A stretch of 64,000 bases of DNA from Diadema antillarum (GCF_040938485.1 NW_027271384.1:1674001-1738000); one strand, 5' to 3'; shown: positions 12,686 to 25,175, numbered from the stretch's first letter. The notes: generated by a model from the letters alone, not told the origin. Translations and numbers: made by a program.

Positions 12686-13419
12686 TTAATTAAATTCCTC
12701 GGCTTGTATGTGTTTCATTAGTTTAAAACATAATCAACACAGAATTTGTGCTTTACACTCTTTGTACCTAATTTTTCTGAGCTGATGACAAAAATCATGT
12801 TACTCAAATTCAATTTGGCTTTACACAATTGCAGCTGATGTCACCAGAGAAAATTGTGAGTTGAATCTGACAGAACAAGAAAATGACATTTTCACAAATC
12901 AACATCTCTTTCCAACATATTTATATGGCATATATAAAATACAAATTCAGATTAGGTAAGCAGAATGCTTGAGCAATATCTTTTTGGCCAATTTTCACAT
13001 GATGTAGTACAACTTTGCTCACAAAAATATTCAGATACATTTTTGTAACAGTTGCAAATTCTTCCTCCAACTTCTAGTATGCCAAAGAATTAGACACACA
13101 AAATAACCAACAAACACCATTATTTGACAGATAAAGTAAATTTACTGAATGTCATAAATCTGCTTACGAACTGTATTGCTGCATTACAATTTGATTAAAA
13201 CACATTTCAAATAACAAAATAAAACTTGCCTATAGTGATCGCGATTAAAACTTAGTAAAATTATACAAAAGAAGCTTACAATATAATACATGCATTTCAG
13301 GACTGCCATTAAATAAGCTTGATATAATTATGAATGGCAGCTAGTACCACATGGTATTCTATTCATAATTACATTGTACTAACTTCATTGCATGTAAAAT
13401 CACACAACTCTTCTGAATA

Positions 13420-13905
13420 TTAGTGTCAACCTTTCAATGTCAACACAAAATATTTACCTCTGAAATTTTCAGCTGTCAACACAACAGTTTTCATCAGGGG
13501 AATGATCCTTCCACACCCTGATCACATAATGGTCGATAAGCTGGTCATAGACTTTCAGAAGTTTTGTAGTTAACCCTTATGCCAAACTTGTTGAAGTTCC
13601 TATGCAAAGCATCAGAAACTCCTTTGATGTAAGGCAGTACAATCTGTCCTTTTGATGGAGTTGTAGAGTTCTGTGATGGTGTGTGACTCTTTCTTCTTGG
13701 GCTGGCTGATCTTATCAAAGGCCCACGGAGGATAGCCGCAGTTCAAGAGAGCCTTTTTGATGTCACGTTTTCCTTTCTCTACTACTTGCTTTAACCGCCA
13801 CATGATCAAGGCAAAGACGGATAATTCCACAGATGAAGGCTATAGCGTTAACAACTGAAAATTTGGGAGGTAATCACCTTGTGTTGACATCAAAAGTTTA
13901 ATGTC
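13420..13905 (-). mobile_element. 5'-truncated Penelope-like retroelement remnant with pseudo-LTR-like termini
   Basis: KKALLNCGYPPWAF and IVLPYIKGVSDALHRNFNKFGIRVNYK are typical PLE post-RT motifs. The terminal segment at 13420-13500 recurs inverted at ~13830-13900. Confidence 0.75.
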
Positions 13906-14717
13906 AATTTCAGATGAATTTCCAATACAGATGAGCTTCTACTCTAACACAGAAATCTTTTGAAGATATCTTGAGTGTCTATAGGTCTACCTCTTAAAGC
14001 TATAGCTCTACTACAGTCTACTATCAATCATCAATCACCACTGTACCACAAACAGAACAACTCATCCAATTTCTGGAACTTGTAAATAATTTTCACTGGC
14101 ATAGTGCCATATCAAGATTAGTGCATACACCTTTAAACTCACAGCAACAAGACTTCACCATCTAGTACATACAGTGCGTAGCAGAATACATGGTTTACTA
14201 TCATAAATACTAAATGCCATCTGACGATACAATGCTACTCTGAGATCATGAATTTCACAGTGGATGTACATGAAGGTATGGAACGATCACAAATAACTTA
14301 GCATCACACAAAACTGAGCTGGAAGAGTTGTCTTTGAAATGATAAAACTTTTTTCAGTTGATTTCAGCTGCACTTCACCTATGTAAATCATACATATCAT
14401 ACAAAGAACATGATGAAAACTTGTTTTGTGATCTTAGTTGCATAAACTGTCAAATAACAGCACTATGCTTTTGTCACTGCCACCTTTTGAAACCTGGAAA
14501 AGCTGGAAAGGTTTTGTTGGGGGGGGGGGGGGGGAGAGATATATATTCATGTATCAATTTTATTACATGTTTACATTTTTTTCTCCCTGCTAATAAGCGA
14601 TTCTTGGAGATACAGTGTACTCACAGTTAATATGTCTCTCACCCAGTGATATTATTAAATTAAATACCCAAATGCAGGGAGGGGGTTATCATACAGTGCT
14701 GTCAGCACACATTAGAA

Positions 14718-14962
14718 TACTGTATACGCCATATAATTCGCGAGTCTAAATTTTCGTGAATCAGGAATTCCTGTTGATCTCGCGAGTGGTTAAATTCGCG
14801 ATCGTGGAGTCATGTAACTGAACAGAGAAATGTACAGGCGTACGTCACATGCACATTTGGATTAGAGTCAATATTTTTGCGTGTTTTTAATTTCGCGAAT
14901 AGCATCGGACTAGTGAAATTCGCGAAAATAAGAACCTTGCAAAATGCTCGGTGTATACAGTA
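14718..14962. mobile_element. TACTGTA...TACAGTA MITE rich in ttcgcg motifs
   Basis: Terminal inverted repeat tactgtatac / gtatacagta. Confidence 0.8.
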
Positions 14963-15012
14963 ATCAATTTGCCATTGATCTTCCAGAATCACAGGGAAAG
15001 TTGGCAGGCCTG

Positions 15013-15124
15013 GGCCCTGTTTTATGAAGAGTTATAATTGATTATATAGTTGATTTCAATCATCAGTCTATTGCAGCCTGTGTGTTAAGGAAATTTAAAA
15101 TCGATCTTTTGATAAAACAGGGCC
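15013..15124. mobile_element. 112-bp MITE, 13-bp TIR ggccctgttttat, CTG TSD (Harbinger-like)
   Basis: CTG|ggccctgttttat ... ataaaacagggcc|CTG. Confidence 0.8.
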
Positions 15125-18100
15125 CTGGTTTATCAAGGAGTAGACCTTCAAACTATAAGAAGAAATGACATGCAAGGGTGTGAAATTGCAGTGGTCCAAA
15201 ATATACCACAGAAATGATGTATTGGTGAGCAAATTAATGCCTGACTAGTGAAAGCCTCTTTTGGGATATAGCATAAATCATGATGTGTTAGCAAACACCA
15301 AAACCTTCATATCAGGTGGTGATAACCACATTTTAATAACTACTTCAACATTCAATCAGGATCTGAGAACAGGTACATCTTAAATACTTGACTACTAGTA
15401 TCTTCTACTACACAGCTGTCAGCATGTCCTTGAGACATGCATGCATACATGTACGAATCTGTCACCTTGGCAAAGCTGCCACATGCACAGCTGGAGCATA
15501 TTCCTCGTTATGCTGACATGATTCTACATTTGATTAAATGTGAAACTTTTGCTGGGCCGAAACAAAATAGCTGACAAACGTAAAGGACAAAGTATGTCCA
15601 AACCCTAAATATGCTTTACCAACAGCTGTTTTTACAGCTAAAACCACAAACTGGTACATTTAACCATGAGTCATTTTGTTAGACATAATAATTATACATC
15701 AATAGCTGCCATAACATACTGTGCCATGACAACATCTACACAGTCTGCCAAGCATGGTAATAATAATAATAGTAATATTTTTTTTTCTTTTACATTGTTT
15801 TTATTGTAATTATAAACTGATCCATGAAGTTTTGTTACAGAGGTTATCAGGGACTTTTTGATTGTGTAGACAAGCACACCGTTCTCATTCTCTAGCAATG
15901 CCACGTGGCTGGGATCCACTAGGCACATCTACCTACTTAAAAACCCAATCTGATTTTTTTTTCGACGCATGTTCACCATATGAACGTCACGTCAACGTGG
16001 CACCGCTCCAACCCAGCCAGATTTTTACACCCGATGACATGATTCATCCTAAAATTGAGATACACAATTTGTAAGCATGAAATCTTTCGTGGAAGCATTC
16101 TTGATTCTGGTACTGAACATGCCAGAGAACATGAAGCATGCACAGTTTTTTTCAAAATGGCATCATCACGTCACAGTCCACTTTGTGGACATGCCAATCG
16201 AAAAGTCCTTATTGCACCTGAACAAAACAGTAACCACGTGCAAATGTGCCATGTGAGTATAAATTAATTGCCGTCTTCTTTATACACATCTTGCCTTGTG
16301 GCATCACTCCAACCCCTCTCTTTAAAATCACAATCACGTGTGTATGACACAAAATACAGTTTGTATATAATGTATTTTGCACATCACCACAAAACATGTC
16401 TTGGCGTTTGCATGCATTGCACATCTAGTTTTGCACAAATGCACTGCACTCGACATGCAGCATTTACTACTCCTACTGATTGCGGCAAGAAAAATGAACT
16501 TCAAAACAGACATGCCTTTCCATTTTGTATCTCTTCCACATACCAATACTGTTTATTTGTTGCTTTCCAAGTTTTCATTTTATCACAATATGGCAAGATC
16601 ATTATGGACAGCAATATCATAAGGTAAAAACTGAGAATAGAATATACAGAATTTAGATTTGAAAATTACTGGAAGGGTTACCTTATAAAGTCAGAAGCAG
16701 GGGTATTTGTTTAAATTCAAATTATATTACAGAAGACATAAATATATGCAAATGAAAAAAAAAAAAAATTAGCAGACACTAACCTGAGTTTTACTGCTAG
16801 CAGATAATCGAATACCAAGAAAATTAATGCCAATCTTTAATCGGTAAACGGAATACAGACTGCACTGTCAAACAGGATGTTGAAGCAGCAGTGATGCAAG
16901 CTTCAACCACCACATGATTATGGTCAGAACTGCTTTGAACTTCCTCCTTTGGCCACATGTTGCCAACATTGCCCCATCCCCCCCCCAAAAAAAAAAAAAA
17001 GAAAAGAAAAAAAAAATGCCTGAATAGCTTTTTAAACATCACTTGTGATCAATATCTGTATTTCTGTATAAGACTGCATGCATATTGCACTCGTGTAAAA
17101 ATCAGATAAGCCCTCAAGATGAACATGAAGGGACATCTATCGAGTTCTACATTATTCTTCCTTTTCATGACTATGTGGGCAAGAGATTGAAAATATTATC
17201 TGATACCAGTACACATATATTCTAGCACATCATCCATTAAACACTATAAATGGAAATGACTAATGGAAGAGATGCATAACACAGGCGAAAAATAGAGACT
17301 GATATTTTACACACTGACATATTATGGCATGACTTCAATTTGTGCTGCAGAGTAGAGGTGACTAAGGGAAACTGAAGAGGTGTGGATTAAAGGACTTTAC
17401 ATAATATCAAAAACTTCTGAGATGATTGAATTGAGTAATACTTGATTGTGATGGTGCTAGAGAGGTATATCAAATATGGAAACTTACAGGGAAACTCGCC
17501 TCTGTGATAATGACAACTGAAAAACACACACAAACCAAAAAATAAAAAATAAATATGATTAAACAAGAAGAGTGAAACTTCATTGAACTTGGGGGAAAAA
17601 GGGTGGCAATGGTGTCAATTTTTCAAGATTCTTAAAGATTGAACTTGGGCAAAAGAGTAACAAAGGTATCCATTTTTCAAAATTTCACCAAAAATTCCAA
17701 GCATATTTCTATCCCATTCATTTGGACACAAACTTTACTAAATTTCTTCATCAGTGCGAATGCAAGAAGTTACATGGGTCCTTCACATCATATTTTTAAT
17801 TGTTCTACAATTGTTACAATTCTAATTCTAATAGCAATGATGATTTGTAAAGGGAAAGGGTGTGAGCTACTGAATAATTAACAAAAAACAATGATTTATA
17901 AACTTTTCTTTTTATGACAAAGTCAGAGAGATATATGGCAAGAACATCATTCCCTTGGCATATTTGTGTCTGCAATTGTGACTCTAAATACCACTCTTTA
18001 CGGATTTTTTTTTTTTTTTTAAAGACTTCAAGAAGCCACAACTTTGTTGTTTGCTTTTTTCCCCAATTCAATCGAAGTTTTGCTCTTCTGCTGGTTGGAA

Positions 18101-18380
18101 CCATGATTTTCAGTTGAACTTTGACACACAGTGAAGTTTCCTTGAATTGACAGTGTCATACTTCAATCGTGCCAAATGACACACTAATAATTGCATAGTA
18201 CTGACTTACACTACATTCTTGTATTTACACAGGACAGGTGTTCTTCATACAGAGAGGAATGTTCAACCATGAACGATAGCTTGCTTCAAACAAATACACC
18301 CTTTAAAACCGAACAAGTTTTTAAGTAAAGATAGATGATACGCTCTGTTTGGTCAGCCAGCATACTACGTACAATACATA

Positions 18381-18573
18381 TACTGTATAAGCTGTTATTT
18401 TCGCGAATTTCGCGAATCTCAGTTGGATCGCGAATTTAACAACACGCGAAATATATCTCCATGCACTAGGGTAATAGCGCATTTACGTTAGCGTCGGCGT
18501 CAGTTCCCGAAAACAACATCTCGCGAAAATGTCTATGACCTCCTCACCCGCGAAAATAACAACGTATACAGTA
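18381..18573. mobile_element. TACTGTA-family MITE
   Basis: tactgtata..gttattttcgcg ... cgcgaaaataac..tatacagta. Confidence 0.8.
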
Positions 18574-19399
18574 TTGAGATGTCAGTTATCAAATTGATAG
18601 TACCTCAGTAGCTTTTTGTTTGTTTCTGTGCAAGTTCGTAACATGATTACAAAAGAGCAGTCCATGACGTCTACATATTTCATGCATACCTTTGTAACAA
18701 AAACTTTTCCTGATAAGTTTGCCAGAGGCTTGCTTGAGGTTAGCCTGACACAGCAGGAACTAAAATTGTCAAGTGAATTTCAATTCTTGATATGCATTGA
18801 GTATGATTATGAATGAGTGGATGGAATAGATTGCTATCAGGTCCTAAGAGAAAAGATATTCATAAAGTTGAATACACTATTTAACTGGCCTTTTACAAGT
18901 GAAAAATGCAAATCAAATACCAAGATCACACATACGGGTAATCACCATTCAATTATGTGATGCGACACTACGTGATTGAATCCACAAGTGTGTAAACAGA
19001 AGCATTTATTTTCTGAGAAACAATGCTTGTTACGGTTCTTCATCAACTATTTACACACAGTCAGAGCTGTGTGTGCACGCAATTCAAAGACATTCTGCTG
19101 AAGTATCAAAATAGCAAGGAAGACTGCACTGGCGCTATTATGCTAAAGCAAACATCACGATGCAAGTACTCTTTGATCGGGCATTGTAAATATGCTGACA
19201 GTGTTTGCCAAGTGATTATTTCTTTCGTTGATCAATCACTTCACAAGGGATGGGATTTTGACCTCTACATCAAATTACTGTTGCACAGCAAATTATACAT
19301 TCTCATTTTTTTTCTGTATACTTCGAAATGGGTCTCCTGTCCTTCTTGATCAGCCTTTGCCTGCAGCATTCCATTTTGGCATTTTTGTCGCGAGGTTGC

Positions 19400-19718
19400 T
19401 TAGTCACCAGCCGGCTTGCTTCCCGCGCAGCGAAGGGTGACGTAGGGAATGCCTGCATTCACCCACGAGTCCTTGGGCCAGTAGCGCAGGACGGGCCCCA
19501 TCTCGGGGCACTCGTTCATGGCGTCGAAGTAGGCAAAGAGCACGCAGGCTGTGTAGGCAGAGATGAAGACCATGATGTGCCAGGCGCAGTGCAGGTACGG
19601 CATCGACATCCGCTGCCAGAAGTCGCACAGGAAGCGGTCGCTGAGCCAGCAGCCGACCGACACGATCCACAGCACGGCGCACGTCCGCCCCAGCTTGGCG
19701 ACACGTGGACACTCCGTT
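19400..19718 (-). CDS. ACER2: Alkaline ceramidase last exon (TECPRVAKLG...CWLSDRFLCDFW...PYLHCAWHIMVFISAY...GPVLRYWP...GIPYVTL...*)
   Basis: CREST-family H-x3-H motif (LHCAWH); ttttaaaacag acceptor, phase 2; TAA at 19402-19400. Confidence 0.95.
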
Positions 19719-20953
19719 CTGTTTTAAAGCCAAAACAAAACAAAGCAACACTCGACTGATCAGCAGATGAAAAATATGTGCACTCTTACTATATGTTTGA
19801 AAGCTTTTAATGAAACTATTCTCTCATTACTAACGTACATTCACAGCTGGTTTTTTATTTTAATCCTCCTGATATGTAATGCTCCTGATAATAAAAATGT
19901 GAAATCAGAAAGAGGGACTATTGGTGAATGTTGCCTACATACAATGTACCTGTTATTCTACATGTGGCATAAAAATACATAGCAAATAGGCTTCTACATC
20001 TTGTATGATAATGCATTTATACTTTCCTTTGACCGATCGGGAAATACCAGTAAGTTCAATTTTCACTGGACCTCTCACAACACATGTAATGGGTACTTTA
20101 TCTACTACTGCACTTAAAGCTAAAATTCAGGAAGTCTTCAATTTCACTGTCAGAACTGACAACTGACATGGTCAAGTGACCAAACTGGAACAAAATGCTG
20201 GCTCTCACGCTGTGCAGCCAAATATGAGGGTAGGGGCCATTCACAGGTAATGTCCATGGGAGGAGAGTCACTATAAGACCCACCCTTAACCTCCCACCAG
20301 ACCTAATCCTTCAACTGGCTTTTTCACTTCTCTTTTTCGCATAAGAACTGGTTGGGGCTACTATTAAATGCACTGTCTATTTATCTGATGCTTAAGTTTT
20401 TGTAAAGATATACAAAAAACAAATAAAACACAACAAAGTACTGTACAATGTGTGCTTTCTTCAAAATCATGTGAAGTCATAAAATGAATCAGGAGGTCCA
20501 GCATGACTTTGGTAAGAAGTCCTCTTAAAGATTTAGAGGAAAATATTGCGTGTATAGAAATATGTCTTTCTCAACCTCAATAGCAAATCATACTCACATT
20601 ACTTTATCACGAGTACTTATAACTTTGTTGCAGGCTTTCATTTAACTTCTTGTTGCCTAATCTAGTTTGTGCATAATTGCTCATTCCAAGGAGCAGTATT
20701 TAATAGTACATCAGGTATCCATATTAATGACAAAAATCTTTGGTCATAATGTCATATGGCTATGGGGCCAAAACTATTTATATCTAAACAGTTTCAAATT
20801 AAATTTCTAGTTTGACAAGTGGTACAGCAAAGGTGGTTCCAATTTGCAAAGCACAGTGGGGATGTCCTACACATTGTTACAGATATTCAGCAGTTGGGTC
20901 AAAATATCACACCATCAGATCTATGTATCCTAGATCTATTATGATGTTGTAAT

Positions 20954-21133
20954 CAGGGGGCGGATCCAAGAATTCCGTTTAGAGGGTGCACCTTTACAAA
21001 ATTAAGGGGGGAGAGCACGCGCCCCCATTTTTTTTTCCATTTCTTTTGTTTTAACAAAAAATAAAAGGGAAGCGCACGCCCGGTGCGCTCCCTCCGCCCC
21101 CCCCCCCCCCCCCCCCCCCCCGATCCACCACTG
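20954..21133. mobile_element. CAG(G/T)GGCGGATCC-type MITE with 7-bp TSD TTGTAAT (hAT- or P-like)
   Basis: ttgtaat|cagggggcggatcc ... gatccaccactg|ttgtaat. Confidence 0.8.
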
Positions 21134-21463
21134 TTGTAATAAACCATAAAGCAAATCCAATCAACTTCAAAAACCATTGAATTAACCCGGTTAACAGTTT
21201 CGATACTTATAAACATATCAAACAGTAGCAGGGGTTCATGTCTTCTTGCATAAAGATAATACATCCTGGTGATCTTAAGACAAACTTATTTTATTTAAAT
21301 TCCCTATCACACCTTCTCATAATTATAAAAGGGTTTCAATAAACACCTTTTAGAACATACACAAGAAATCATTAATCTGCTGAGAAAAAAAAAATCACAT
21401 TAAACTCTGCTCGATATACTGTACAAACATTGTTTATTTAGTGGCATAATAAACTAATATTAA

Positions 21464-21820
21464 AGGGGATGGCTAGTAACTGATCAGTGGGAATCAGTGA
21501 GAATGCTGGAGGGTGATTGTTCCAATCCTTGTGGGATTCATTTAAGAGTACATTATATATCTACTGTTGTGTGAAAATTATTTGCTTCAGAATGGTCTCA
21601 TATTCAAGTAATGTGTAGTTTAATGTTTCCAGGTTAGCGTGCCTGGTCAGTGACGGGACATTAATCAGCACATTACTTAAATATAAGATCATTCTGAAGC
21701 AAATAATTTTCACACAACAGTAGATATATAATGTACTCTTAAATGAATCCCACAAGGATTGGAACAATCATCCCCTATCATTCCCACTGATTCTCACTGT
21801 TCGGTTACTAGCCATCCGCT
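21464..21820. mobile_element. Kolobok-type foldback MITE, TTAA TSD, 60 bp from an ACER2 donor site
   Basis: TTAA|aggggatggctagtaac ... gttactagccatccgct|TTAA, with ~140-bp arms. Confidence 0.88.
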
Positions 21821-21880
21821 TTAAGTCAGTGCAGTGACTCTCCCTTCTCCTCACTTAGTTCTTTTGTAGGACAGTCATAC

Positions 21881-22018
21881 CTTCTAAGTTCCAAGACCAG
21901 GACTACAATACAAGGACCGATGAAGGCCATCATGACAAAGGAGTTGACAGCAGGTCTTATGAGGGCCAGACCGGTGCTGGCAATGGTGAATAGCAGCATT
22001 ATCATCTTGAACTTCTTC
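21881..22018 (-). CDS. ACER2: Alkaline ceramidase coding exon 3 (KKFKMIMLLFTIASTGLALIRPAVNSFVMMAFIGPCIVVLVLELR)
   Basis: tgttgtag acceptor, AG|gtatga donor; 138 nt, phase 2 to 2; aligns with ACER2 KPAINN..GVPC..L..ELKR. Confidence 0.93.
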
Positions 22019-22430
22019 CTACAACACAAAGGAGAACAGAAGAAAAGGGACCACAGTTACAAGCCTACTTTTACGATACATTCGAAACTAGACCCGAGGG
22101 ATCTCAACTCCACGCTATGACCCAGGGAGCTTGTAGAACTTTCACAAATCAAGACTATTAAAAAAAAGAAACAATCCTATGGCGTCTTTAATACTAGTTT
22201 ATCGGGTGAAGCTTCATGTACATATTCAAGAAGTGTTCCATTGAATGATATAAAGAAGGAAAAAAAAACATAACAATGAAATGTATCATTTTACAGACGT
22301 ACAACTGTATAAATTCTGTTACTTTCAAGGACAAACAGTACCATATCAACACGCATGTCTGCATTGTAATCATGTCTGCAAGCGTGATTTACTGGCCCCC
22401 ACAGACAATCGCATGAAAACAAATTCACAC

Positions 22431-22597
22431 CAAAGGATGTAAATTCAACAGATCCATACATCGCTACCTGCCTGTCATATTCAAAGTGATTATTTTATGC
22501 CAACAAAGAAAACCATCAAAGGATAAATTCAACAGATCCATACATCGCTACAAGTCTATCACATTCAGTGATTATTTCATGCCAACAAAGAAAACCC
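22431..22597. repeat. ~85-bp tandem duplication
   Basis: caaaggat..aaattcaacagatccatacatcgctac...atgccaacaaagaaaacc occurs twice. Confidence 0.85.
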
Positions 22598-22780
22598 TGT
22601 TCTAATAAACAACAAGAAAAATTTACAAGAAAAATTAATATATGTTGATGTAGGGCAATTTGTCAATCAGTTGTATGAAAACATCTCGACAGAAGAATTT
22701 CATGAATTTGAATAATTACACAGTACCCGCTGCATGCTATACATGTAAGGATTAGAACCAACACTTGCTGTCGGGCGGAA

Positions 22781-22850
22781 GCTTTGTGGTCTAGTGGAGA
22801 TGATGCCTGTTCGGAGATCAGGAGGTCATAGGATCGAATCCTGCTTGAGT
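22781..22850 (+). mobile_element. tRNA-Pro(CGG)-like SINE head / tRNA pseudogene
   Basis: A-box TGGTCTAGTGG (22787), TTCGG anticodon region, GAGGTC variable loop, B-box GGATCGAATCC (22831); the acceptor stem does not pair. Confidence 0.65.
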
Positions 22851-22965
22851 ACGTACACCCATGATTTCTTTTATTATGGCTACTACTAAAACACTGATCA
22901 ATTCAGTGCTTTATAGGGCAGTTTGTCAATCAGTTGCAAGAACAAAGGGGAAGAGAATGTCATAC

Positions 22966-23222
22966 CTGCTGCCTCTGATGTTGGCAGGGTAGTACCTGCG
23001 GGGGTACCAGAGGGCCACCCCACAGAGGACGACCCAGATAATGGCCACTTCGTCCAGCAGCTGGCCAAACATGCTGAGGGTGGCATGGAAGTAACAAGAG
23101 AAGGTGCCCACAACCATGAGCAGGATCCACATGATGTTGATGTGCCAGTTGAACCAGAGGGCGTACTGGCGGAAAAGGTACAGCAGGAGGGGCGGAATGA
23201 CGAAGAAGAGCACATTGCTGAT
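22966..23222 (-). CDS. ACER2: Alkaline ceramidase coding exon 2 (ISNVLFF...YFHATLSMFGQLLDE...WYPRRY)
   Basis: S-x-x-F-H-A-T-L-S and GQ-LDE motifs; tcacag acceptor and AG|gtatga donor. Confidence 0.97.
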
Positions 23223-24193
23223 CTGTGATGCGGAAATGGATGCAAGATGGTTTGAGTGAGAGAAGATTAGCAATGGAGAGCAAGAACCCGTTAACCCAAT
23301 TCAGGCCAGCGCGAGAGCCATGCACAAATACCTCAGGTTACCATCCACCTTTCCATGTGAGCGAATACAAACCAACAGTTTTCAAAATGACTAGTACTCC
23401 CTATTGACAAAGAAATGATGAAACACAGGCAAGTTATGTACGGTATCATTAAATAAAGGAGAAAAATGTCTGTACATGTTCAATATTGTATCATGAATCA
23501 CTGTCATCAAAGATCTATATTCAGTGATTACAGCATTCAACAAAGTTGAACAGCTGCATCGCTGCTTTTTCACCTACACTACAGGCTATCCCATGTGGCC
23601 TCTGCGGGGGTTGTGCAAACTATAGGATATCCCATATCTGGGTTGATATGGGATAAAAGTCCATTCACACATTCTTCGCCAAAAGCATTCAGTAGGCCTT
23701 ATGTAGAGCCAGAGCTCTGAATCTATGAGTTGATCAAACTCAAGCAAACATGGGATGCCTGAGTAAAGATTTAAGCAGGATTTGACAAACATGTAAAAAG
23801 TTATACCCATGATTTTACTTTAACTGTTCATGTGACATCCATATCTCGTGCATCACATGACCATCTCATGGGGGTCAATTGATTAATATTGCATGTGTAG
23901 CACCCTTCCTTTAGTTTAAACATTATGCATTGCACTTCAATGCAAACAAGCAACATTTTCACATGTGGGCATGATACAGTACGTTTAAGGACAAAAATAC
24001 ACTCCATAATCATTTACACTGTATGAAGAAGTAAATTCCTTCACACATACATAGTATCCATGGAAAAGGGGGAAAACCCCAACACTTGTATACAATGAAA
24101 GTTTACTGTCAGTGGTGGTTTCTCATAAGAGCCTCCGGGGTAAAACTCTGAGGGTAAAAGAATTCAAACACTCTAAATACATACATCTGCCAG

Positions 24194-24336
24194 NNNNNNN
24201 NNNNNNNNNNNNNNNNNNNNNNNNNNNNNNNNNNNNNNNNNNNNNNNNNNNNNNNNNNNNNNNNNNNNNNNNNNNNNNNNNNNNNNNNNNNNNNNNNNNN
24301 NNNNNNNNNNNNNNNNNNNNNNNNNNNNNNNNNNNN
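24194..24336. other. Assembly gap (N run)
   Basis: 143 N. Confidence 1.
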
Positions 24337-24636
24337 ATTACATGATGTATGTACCCCGGGTATACACCACATACTGTATTATGTGAGACTGTTATTAATG
24401 ATTTCCTAGGCCTCACGAATAACGGCAGATTTCTTGTTTCCAGACCGTTAATCATATTTATACAAACATTGCTTTTGTTTTCTACATAGCAAGTATGGGT
24501 AGCTTTATCTGCGACAGACTTTTGTACGTGAGGAAACACTTATGAAGAAATTTATATTGAACTATTAAGACATCATAAGTACTGTAAGTGATTGGATCTA
24601 TTCTAGGAGTTGCGTCTGCCTCCCTAATCTACATTA

Positions 24637-25175
24637 GGGTGTGTTTATGCTCAATTTGCGAAGGAAGAAGCAGCGTTTTAAAACGCTGATTCATAACGCT
24701 GATTCAAAACGCCGTTCATGGGAGCACTGTTTATGCTCACTTTCTTCGAGCCTTGGAAAGAGCGTTTGCGATTGCTTCGCTGACCTCAGCAGAGGCAGGT
24801 CAAATTGGGGGGCGTGCTGCGATCGGTGGCCTGGCCTGGGAGAGCAGCTGGGAAAGAAATGCGTATGCCCAGTACATGGGAAAACTACACAGGCCAGGGT
24901 AGCTGGCTGGCCGGGCGCGTGCTTTTTCACGTGAACCGGAAAGGCGTTTACATGACGTCACTCTAAACGCGTTTAGAAACGCTGTTGCGTTTATGCTTCC
25001 GCATCAAACGTGATTAGTCAGAAACGCCGATCGTAAACGCATCTTTTTGTGCATTTTGGATTGGCGTTTTGAATCAGCGTTTCTGTCGAAGTGAGCATGA
25101 ACGCAACGGCATTTTGCACTTATAACCTTTCAAAACGCTGATTCTGGCCTGAAAAGGGGAAGCATAAACACGGCC
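24637..25175. mobile_element. Harbinger-like non-autonomous element with multiple subterminal aacgctgatt motifs
   Basis: TTA|gggtgtgtttatgct ... agcataaacacggcc|TTG. Confidence 0.7.

Noticed and set aside
15850-16560. Cys-rich overlapping ORFs suggesting a transposase C-terminal zinc domain
   Set aside because: No consistent motif spacing in any frame and no defined termini; at most an unassignable decayed repeat.
19328-19759. Long plus-strand ORFs overlapping the ACER2 last exon (also 22923-23228)
   Set aside because: Expected antisense shadows of GC-rich coding exons.
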